A DNA stretch of 25,755 nt, taken from Terriglobales bacterium. Its GTDB lineage: Bacteria > Acidobacteriota > Terriglobia > Terriglobales > Acidobacteriaceae. The position numbers and the translations under genes are program-made. The stretch lies in assembly GCA_037915955.1 (NCBI GenBank), contig JBAIYI010000094.1, positions 1-25,755 of the forward strand, written 5' to 3'. Positions 18,609-24,954 of the stretch are shown here, in pieces; the stretch's first letter is position 1; every line of letters starts with the position of its first letter. The notes beneath the pieces are model-generated. The model had not been told where the DNA came from. It did not search any database and saw only the letters and a program-made list of their open reading frames with translations.

Positions 18609-18746
18609 ATGACACGAGTATTGATGCTTCAGAAAATGCATTCCAACAGCAGCACCTCCGAGTGCGGAAACCTGTTTGGCAGCGCCGTAAGCACCATCTG
18701 CCCGGAAGGTCCGAACGCCGCGGAGAGCCCGTTTCAGATGGAGTAA
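18609..18746 (+). CDS. lanA: Class III lanthipeptide precursor, 45 aa: MTRVLMLQKMHSNSSTSECGNLFGSAVSTICPEGPNAAESPFQME
   Basis: AGGAG RBS at 18597-18601, ATG 18609, TAA 18744-46. The leader motif VLMLQ resembles the class III (I/V/L)LxLQ motif. It has S25-x2-S28-x2-C31 and S12-x2-S15-x3-C19 motifs and sits directly upstream of lanKC. It is below the ORF-track length cutoff. Confidence 0.88.
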   Translation: MTRVLMLQKMHSNSSTSECGNLFGSAVSTICPEGPNAAESPFQME

Positions 18747-18755
18747 TCCAGGAAA

Positions 18756-18796
18756 GGGCCCTCTGACGATATTCCCCCATTTGCGACAGAGGGCCC
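18756..18796 (+). other. Stem-loop between lanA and lanKC (mRNA stabiliser/attenuator candidate)
   Basis: GGGCCCTCTG (18756-65) pairs perfectly with CAGAGGGCCC (18787-96); no U-tract follows. Confidence 0.65.
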
Positions 18797-18819
18797 GAAG
18801 CCGGCAAGAGGCACGACGC

Positions 18820-21588
18820 ATGCGGAGCAGACCCAATCCGTTATTTCGACTCCTGGACCACGATTACCACGAGACCTTCACAGCGTATAAGCCTCGCACG
18901 GCAGATTTCTTCGACGCGATTTCCCGGAAGCTGCCCAGTGGATGGTCCATTCAACGCAGCGGAATCTGGTTCCACTGTGGTTCACAAAACAACAATGTTC
19001 CGCAGCAGGGATGGAAGATTCACGTTTCGGCGACACCTGCCAGCGCGGGTGCGATCCTGGAGCAAGTGACCACGGTGCTCTTCAGGCGTTGTGATACGGA
19101 TTTCAAATTCGCGCTGGACATGAACACACTTTCCCTGATGAACAGCAAGAACTGGTCGCGCGGGAAATCAGGAAAGTTCATCACAATCTATCCGCAGACT
19201 ACTGCAGATTTCCGGCAACTCATTGAAGAGCTATACCAGGCGACGCGAACATTCTGCGGTCCTTATATTCTGTCTGACCATCGTTACAAAGACAGCCGGG
19301 TTGTCTTCTTTCGCTATGGTGGCATGCGCCTGCATGAAACCCTGAATGTGAAGGGGGAACGCACGCCCATGCTGATAGCTCCTGACGGGACAGAAGTTCC
19401 CGATGAGCGCACTCCGTATCCGGTGGTACCTGCATGGGAGAATCCGCCTATTCCGGTTGAGGATCCGTCCCAACCCGATCCTCCAACCTGCACGATGAAG
19501 CAAGGCCGGTATGAGATCGAAGATGTGCTGGATTTCTCCAATGCCGGCGGTGTGTACCGCGCATTGGATACACACACCGGCCGCAAGGTGGTGATCAAGG
19601 AAGCGCGGCCATGCGTGAATGCAACCCCGGACGGATACGATGCGGTGGAATCGCTCAAGAAAGAATACCGGCTGCTCAACGTACTGAAAGAGGCCGGCAT
19701 TGCTCCTGCACCCCTGGAACTGTTTCAGGAATGGGAGCATTGGTTTCTGGTGGAAGAATTCGTGGCAGGCCTTTCACTGGCGGCACACTCGGCGCAACAC
19801 AACGTCCTGCTACGCACCAGGCCATCACAAAAGGATTTTGAGGACTGGTATGAGAGATTCCGCGGCATATGCAGCGGCCTGGCACGAATCTTGAAGACCC
19901 TGCACGACCATGGGATCGTGTTTGCGGATCTCTCTATCAACAACCTGATTGTTGCCGACTCAGATGGGGAGCTCAAGATCATTGATTTTGAGGGAGCTAC
20001 CCAGGCAGGAGTTGACCGGCCAAGCTCGCTGTACACGCCCGGCTTTGTCTCTGAGAAGAGGCTGAAAGGCGCAAGCGCCGGGTTCGATGACGATTACTAT
20101 TCTGCGGGCGCCGTGCTGATGGCCTGTCTGTTCCCAGTCAATGCCCTGATCCACCTCAATGGGCAAGCGAAGCGGACCTTTATTGAATGCATAAATAAGG
20201 ATACGCGGTTCCCCAAGCCGGTCACGGACATGGTGCTCCAGTTGATGGGGTCGGAACCGGAGAACCGGCCAGATTCCGCGACAATGATTGAAGTCATCGA
20301 GCATAATCCAACCCTTGCTCCGCCAGCTGCTCAGGTGCGTCCAAAATATGAACATGAGGCTTTACTCTCATCGATGGTGGCTCACCTGGAGCACTCGGCC
20401 AGCTATTGGCGCGATGACCGGCTCTTCCCCGCGGATCCCAGGGTATTCACGACTAACCCGCTGAGCCTGGCCTATGGAGCAGCCGGAGTGGGTTATTCAT
20501 TGAAGAAGGTCACGGGCAAAAGTTCACCGCTCATCATGGACTGGATCCTGCGGCACAAAATCAGCCGTGAAGATTACGCGCCAGGACTGTATGTCGGACT
20601 GTCAGGAATAGCGCTGGGCCTTCTTGAAATGGGTGCGCTCGATGACGCGAGAAAAATATTCCAGCTCACGTTTGAGCATCCTCTGCTGCACAAAGATCCC
20701 GGAATTTTCTACGGCACAGCGGGCTGGGGTATGACGTGCCTGCGTTTCTTTCTTGAAAGCGGAGATGAACTTTACCTGAAAAAAGCGGAAGCGGCTGGTC
20801 GTGCCCTGATGCAACGGGTGCACGTCTCTCCGGCCGGATATTCCTGGGAAGCTGCGAGCGAAGCACAACTCGGTTTCGCACACGGCGCCAGCGGCATTGC
20901 CCTGTTCCTGCTTTATCTCTCCTTCGCCACGCACAATTTTGAGTTTCTGGAAGCGGGACGCAAGGCGCTTGAGTTCGACTTAAGTTTTGCGGTGACAACG
21001 CAGGACGGCGGCTCTTCCTGGCGACAGGCAGTCCATGGGCAGTCGCCGGTTTTTCCGTACTGGCGATACGGGAGCGCGGGCATCGGAACCGCCGCACTGC
21101 GTTTTGCCAAGGTCCTCGACGATCCGATATATCGTGCCGCGCTGGAGAAAATATTCATCGATACCGACCGCCAGTATGTGGTGATGCCTGGGAAATTTCT
21201 TGGGCAGGCCGGGTTGGCAGACTTTGCCCTTGATATGTTCGAGTTCACGGGCAGCACAAGATATCTGAAATCCGCCTTGCGGGCGAGCGAAAGCATGGAG
21301 CGGTTCCGCGTAGAGAGACCGCAGGGCACGGCGTTTCCCGGTGACATGCTCTCACGGTTGTGCTGCGATTACGGCACGGGAAGCGCGGGCATCGCGCTGG
21401 TATTCAACCGGCTGGCTCACGGCGAACGGAATGACTTCCTGCTGGACTGCCTGCTGGAGCAGGCCGGCATTCTTGATAAACCACAACGGAACAGAAGAAG
21501 CCTCTCTGCTGCCCTGCTTGCCGAGGACTATTCCAATCACGATTCAGATTCGGGCGACGACAGGCCACCGCTGATCTCAGTAGCGTGA
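18820..21588 (+). CDS. lanKC: Class III lanthipeptide synthetase (lyase-kinase-cyclase), about 922 aa
   Basis: Lyase motifs QGWKIHVSA, GKFITIYP, GPYILSD and FFRYGG; kinase motifs FSNAGGVY, VVIKEARP, FADLSINNLIV and IIDFE; cyclase motifs GFAHGASGIA, PYWRYGSAGIG and CCDYGTGSAGI, lacking WCHG/CHG Zn ligands. AAGAGG RBS precedes ATG 18820, preferred over TTG 18781, which lies inside the hairpin. Confidence 0.93.
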   Translation: MRSRPNPLFRLLDHDYHETFTAYKPRTADFFDAISRKLPSGWSIQRSGIWFHCGSQNNNVPQQGWKIHVSATPASAGAILEQVTTVLFRRCDTDFKFALDMNTLSLMNSKNWSRGKSGKFITIYPQTTADFRQLIEELYQATRTFCGPYILSDHRYKDSRVVFFRYGGMRLHETLNVKGERTPMLIAPDGTEVPDERTPYPVVPAWENPPIPVEDPSQPDPPTCTMKQGRYEIEDVLDFSNAGGVYRALDTHTGRKVVIKEARPCVNATPDGYDAVESLKKEYRLLNVLKEAGIAPAPLELFQEWEHWFLVEEFVAGLSLAAHSAQHNVLLRTRPSQKDFEDWYERFRGICSGLARILKTLHDHGIVFADLSINNLIVADSDGELKIIDFEGATQAGVDRPSSLYTPGFVSEKRLKGASAGFDDDYYSAGAVLMACLFPVNALIHLNGQAKRTFIECINKDTRFPKPVTDMVLQLMGSEPENRPDSATMIEVIEHNPTLAPPAAQVRPKYEHEALLSSMVAHLEHSASYWRDDRLFPADPRVFTTNPLSLAYGAAGVGYSLKKVTGKSSPLIMDWILRHKISREDYAPGLYVGLSGIALGLLEMGALDDARKIFQLTFEHPLLHKDPGIFYGTAGWGMTCLRFFLESGDELYLKKAEAAGRALMQRVHVSPAGYSWEAASEAQLGFAHGASGIALFLLYLSFATHNFEFLEAGRKALEFDLSFAVTTQDGGSSWRQAVHGQSPVFPYWRYGSAGIGTAALRFAKVLDDPIYRAALEKIFIDTDRQYVVMPGKFLGQAGLADFALDMFEFTGSTRYLKSALRASESMERFRVERPQGTAFPGDMLSRLCCDYGTGSAGIALVFNRLAHGERNDFLLDCLLEQAGILDKPQRNRRSLSAALLAEDYSNHDSDSGDDRPPLISVA

Positions 21589-21679
21589 TCTATGTTCCGC
21601 AATCTCAAGCTCCAGAAAAACCGAATGACTTTTGTTTAACGGCTGGACAGCGGCGCCAGGTTCAATTTCTAAAGGCTTT

Positions 21680-21715
21680 TGTCCGTGAGTGGATACTTGC
21701 GTCCGAAGCTGGACA
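21680..21715. promoter_or_regulatory. Tandem dyad site pair D, upstream of the second sigma54 activator
   Basis: TGTCCG-TGAG-TGGATA (21680-21695) and CGTCCG-AAGC-TGGACA (21700-21715), 20-bp period. Confidence 0.7.
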
Positions 21716-21765
21716 AGCGCGAAATCTAAGACCGGTCTAAGTGGCGTGGATTGAGCACGGGATTT

Positions 21766-21781
21766 TGGCAAGCTGCTTGCC
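21766..21781 (+). promoter_or_regulatory. Sigma54 -24/-12 promoter (near-palindromic)
   Basis: TGGCAAGCTGCTTGCC closely matches TGGCAC-N5-TTGC, about 50 bp downstream of pair D. Confidence 0.75.
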
Positions 21782-21920
21782 TTTCTAAAAGGTTGGTTGC
21801 ACATCGGACGCACCGGACGAGAAACATTCCGGAGGGCGAAAACGGAAGACCGGGTTGCGGGAAAAATGGCTTTCAAGCCGGCAACTTTTTTCCGCTCCCA
21901 AACGTAATGAGAGGGTGATC

Positions 21921-23570
21921 ATGGCGACCCCACGCCTTGCTTACGATCAAGAGTCTTTGTTCAACGGAGTTTCCATTTTGTTCCGCGGACTGCAATACCC
22001 GAGCCAGGCAGAGGACACCATCACCGCCTCGTTCGAATCGGTGGCGCATGGACTGGCGGCGGTACGTGGCGGAGTATTTCTGGTCCGGCATGAGCCTGAC
22101 TCAATCCGGCTGGAAACGCTTTGCCAAACCGGACTGCAGGCGAGTGAGATCGCTGCGATTGAATCTGGTCCGACCAGCGGGATCAGTGTGGCGGACCGCA
22201 TATGGAAGGCATACACAGAAAAATCCAAGACAGAAGAGAAAGGCGCTGAGCAGCCCGCGGAAGCAATCCAAAACATATCGCCGGGGCTGCACGTGCTTTC
22301 CGCAGTGGTGCTTGATCCGGTGCTGGACGTGCCTGCCGCCATCCTGCACGTGGAGCGCGAGGAAGATACGAACCCGGAGCTGCAGGCGGTGGCCAGCAAA
22401 TGGCTGGGTCTTTACACATTGGCTCTTGGCCAGCTGGTGCGGCTGGGATTTCCAAGGATTCTGTGCGCGGAGGAGAAGGACTCGCGCCCGTTAGAGATCA
22501 AGGCACCGGAAGACGCGCCGGAAATCGTTGGCGTGTCTCTGCAGACGCAAGCTCTGCGGCAGGAGCTACATGATATCCATATTCCTGCGGCCAGCGCTCC
22601 TGACCCCGATCCCATCCTGATCCTTGGAGAAAAGGGTACAGGAAAAGATCTGGTGGCCCGCTACATCTATTCCTACAGCCTGCGCCGCAACAAGCCGTAT
22701 GTCGCCGTGAACTGCGCTGAAATCACAGACGAACTGGCTACCGCGCGTTTCTTCGGGCACAAGAAGGGATCGTTCACCGGATCGCTGGCGAACGAGCCGG
22801 GACTGTTTCGCGCGGCAGATCACGGAGTCCTGTTCCTGGATGAGATCGGCGACCTTTCTCTGAAGGCGCAGGGAACGCTGCTGCGGGTTCTGGAAAACCG
22901 CACGGTGGTGCCACTGGGTGAGACGCGAGAGCAGCGCATCGATGTGCAGGTAATCCTGGGGACCAACTGCGATCCGGAACGGGCCGTGGCGGAAGGCCGC
23001 ATGCGGCCGGACCTGCTTGACCGTTTCCGCACGCAGGCCATTCGGCTGGCGCCTTTGCGCGAGCGGCCCTGGGACATTCCGGCGCTGGTGCGGCATTTCA
23101 TCGCTTATAACGAGAAGCGGACACAGAAGACTATCCTCAGCCTGCATGCCGACGTATTAAAGATGATGGTGGGTTATTCATGGCCGGGCAACGTGCGAGA
23201 ACTGGCGCGCGTGTGCTCGCTCCTGATCACGCACGTGAAATCCGGCAGTCCAATTGATACCGCGCTGTTCACGCGCCTGATTCCCTACATCGCGAGACAG
23301 GAATGGAACCCGAAGGCGGGCGCGATGCTGGTGGGAGACATCCCCATGCGTGAAGCGCTGGAGACCTTTGGCCGCGAACTTATCCTGGCCAGGCTGCGCC
23401 AGCACAACTGGAACATCAAGTCGGCGCGCGAGAGCCTTGGTCTGCCGAAAACGACATTCCACCGCTACACGCGTGCGCTGGGAATCGCAGGCACGTTGCG
23501 GGAGGAAGCCGCGAACCTGGACCTTTCTCAGGCCAAGGCGCATGCGGCTGGATTTTCCGCAATGGGTTGA
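21921..23570 (+). CDS. Sigma54-type AAA+ enhancer-binding protein with divergent (possibly GAF-like) N-terminal domain and HTH, about 549 aa
   Basis: Walker A GEKGTGKD; RFFGHKKGSFTGS (GAFTGA variant); VLFLDEIGD; YSWPGNVREL; HTH NWNIKSARESLGLPKTTFHRY. Start placed at ATG 21921 after GAGAGGGTG; the ORF track uses 21855. Confidence 0.9.
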   Translation: MATPRLAYDQESLFNGVSILFRGLQYPSQAEDTITASFESVAHGLAAVRGGVFLVRHEPDSIRLETLCQTGLQASEIAAIESGPTSGISVADRIWKAYTEKSKTEEKGAEQPAEAIQNISPGLHVLSAVVLDPVLDVPAAILHVEREEDTNPELQAVASKWLGLYTLALGQLVRLGFPRILCAEEKDSRPLEIKAPEDAPEIVGVSLQTQALRQELHDIHIPAASAPDPDPILILGEKGTGKDLVARYIYSYSLRRNKPYVAVNCAEITDELATARFFGHKKGSFTGSLANEPGLFRAADHGVLFLDEIGDLSLKAQGTLLRVLENRTVVPLGETREQRIDVQVILGTNCDPERAVAEGRMRPDLLDRFRTQAIRLAPLRERPWDIPALVRHFIAYNEKRTQKTILSLHADVLKMMVGYSWPGNVRELARVCSLLITHVKSGSPIDTALFTRLIPYIARQEWNPKAGAMLVGDIPMREALETFGRELILARLRQHNWNIKSARESLGLPKTTFHRYTRALGIAGTLREEAANLDLSQAKAHAAGFSAMG

Positions 23571-23641
23571 GGCGGAGTTTTTCCGTGGTGACTGGCTATG
23601 ACGCCGTCACCCGGCAGCAACGAACGTTTGGAGGTGAAAAG

Positions 23642-23974
23642 ATGACGGGACCGTGGTTTGATCCGAATAAATATTCCTGGATTTGTGGAGCAGCATACGG
23701 CGTTGCAGCGGTAATCCTGGGCGCCGTAGCGTTTTATCTTGTGCCTAAAGGGCGGGCGAAGCGTGCGGTAGTGAGCGCATGGGTGCTGCTGTGGAGCATT
23801 GCGATCGGTCTCATTATTATTGGGCTGGTGGCCGTGGCGGACCGGCAGCCCTGGGGAGTGTGGTACGGGATCCTTCTGCCGGGGATCGTGGGCACGGCGG
23901 TGCTGGGAGGGAACCTGCTGATTATTCTGAAGCGATACAAGGAAGCCGAACAGCGAGGGTTGCCGCGGTATTGA
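23642..23974 (+). CDS. Small membrane protein of unknown function, about 110 aa, about 3 TM segments
   Basis: GGAGGT RBS before ATG 23642; three hydrophobic stretches (AAYGVAAVILGAVAFYLV; AVVSAWVLLWSIAIGLIIIGLVAV; GVWYGILLPGIVGTAVLGGNLLIIL). Confidence 0.75.
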   Translation: MTGPWFDPNKYSWICGAAYGVAAVILGAVAFYLVPKGRAKRAVVSAWVLLWSIAIGLIIIGLVAVADRQPWGVWYGILLPGIVGTAVLGGNLLIILKRYKEAEQRGLPRY

Positions 23975-24190
23975 GCGTTGGCACTTCAGAACGCACGCTG
24001 ATTACCCGAACTGCGGTTCTCGGGCAGCTTCAGGTTCTATAGTGCGGAGAAGAAGGGCCTGTCAGGATCGAAGTTAATCGTCTCCCACTCCACCCTTTTC
24101 TTCCGCACGCCGCAAACCCCGTGCGGCGGCCCCAGAAAAGAGTACGGCACCCGATCCAGGTGGAGAAGGACAGATGCAAAGCCCGAAAGG

Positions 24191-24457
24191 ATGGGTTACC
24201 CACGGAGCCATAAAGAGAAGATCAAGATCTGGAAGTTTTACAAACGCATGGAGGAACTCGGCGAAATCGAGCCGATTACGCAGTTGGAGGGGAGCATGGA
24301 AAGTGAAATCACGCCGCTCGTGAGAAACTCGCGAGCGGCCTTTTTGTTTGGTGTTATCGCTGAGATTTCACGACGCCCATTGATCATTGATTCAGAGCGA
24401 TCGCTTGCAGTTTCAGGAAAATCTCATTTTGAATTATCTAGCGCACAAAATCATTAA
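24191..24457 (+). CDS. Possible short hypothetical protein, 88 aa
   Basis: ORF-track call with a charged N-terminal half (HKEKIKIWKFYKRMEELGEIEP); no recognisable motif and a weak RBS. Confidence 0.25.
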   Translation: MGYPRSHKEKIKIWKFYKRMEELGEIEPITQLEGSMESEITPLVRNSRAAFLFGVIAEISRRPLIIDSERSLAVSGKSHFELSSAQNH

Positions 24458-24658
24458 AGTCTTGTCTGCATTGGCGTTTTCTTCGCCATTCAGTTCGCTG
24501 TGCTTCCGCATGTTCTCTTGCGTGCAAGGCAGTTCGTTATGCGAGCAAATCACAACGCCATGTGACCCAGAACACCGCAGCTACTCAGGCAGCGGTAATA
24601 ATTTCGGAATGTAGTTGTTCGGTCCCTCCGGCGACCACCAGTCTAGGGAGTGTAGTAA

Positions 24659-24805
24659 ATGGTAAGTTGTATATTCCTTGTGGCTGTTTTCTCCGCTTTG
24701 GCATCCCTCACCTTTGCGAAACAACCTCATTCGCCAATCAACATCCCCTCTGTGCTGATTGGCATCCTGGAATGCCTTTTGCCACCTCCACTGCAGTCCA
24801 AGTAG
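24659..24805 (+). CDS. Possible small secreted peptide, 48 aa: MVSCIFLVAVFSALASLTFAKQPHSPINIPSVLIGILECLLPPPLQSK
   Basis: GGGAG 8 nt upstream of the ATG; hydrophobic N-terminus ending in L-T-F-A, resembling a signal peptide. Confidence 0.3.
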   Translation: MVSCIFLVAVFSALASLTFAKQPHSPINIPSVLIGILECLLPPPLQSK

Positions 24806-24954
24806 CGCTATCAGTTGGTTGATGGCTGCGCGCCTGGATTGCTGACGACGGTATGTCGTGCTCGCATGGACCACGGGTAAAAATCTGCCGGCAGTGCTCG
24901 GCCGCAGGACGCGTGTGCGAACCGCGCTGGCCTCTGCAAGCAAGGAGATAGAAA

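Noticed and set aside
18609-18746. Avionin-type lipolanthine (microvionin-like) call
   Set aside because: Avionin needs a C-terminal Cys and a flavin-dependent decarboxylase. Here the last Cys is followed by 14 residues and no such enzyme is in the window.
18533-18766. 77-aa ORF-track call as the lanthipeptide precursor
   Set aside because: It starts inside the promoter region and has no Ser-x2-Ser/Cys motif or leader box. The overlapping frame 18609..18746 has the RBS and the motifs.
18820-21588. Class IV (LanL) assignment
   Set aside because: The cyclase domain has WRYG and KFLG where Zn-binding cyclases have WCHG and CHG, which indicates class III.
21644-21649. Extra TGGACA half-site upstream of pair D, and CGGACA at 18081-18086
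   Set aside because: Neither has a matching left half, and both are out of phase with the 20-bp period.
9924-21715. TGGACA repeats as a CRISPR array or transposon ends
   Set aside because: They are short dyads in pairs scattered at promoters, with no repeat-spacer array, cas gene, transposase or target-site duplication.
24112-24200. c-di-GMP-I riboswitch (GCAAACC, GCAAAGCC and GGGTTACC words present in order)
   Set aside because: The spacings differ greatly from the canonical aptamer as I recall it (first gap much longer, second much shorter). Only an Rfam scan could rescue it.
24760-24775. TGGCA...TGC as a sigma54 promoter
   Set aside because: GG and GC are 11 nt apart, not the required 10.
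24562-24822. Cys-rich 86-aa ORF as a second RiPP precursor
   Set aside because: It has no clear RBS, no xLxLQ leader motif and no adjacent modifying enzyme.
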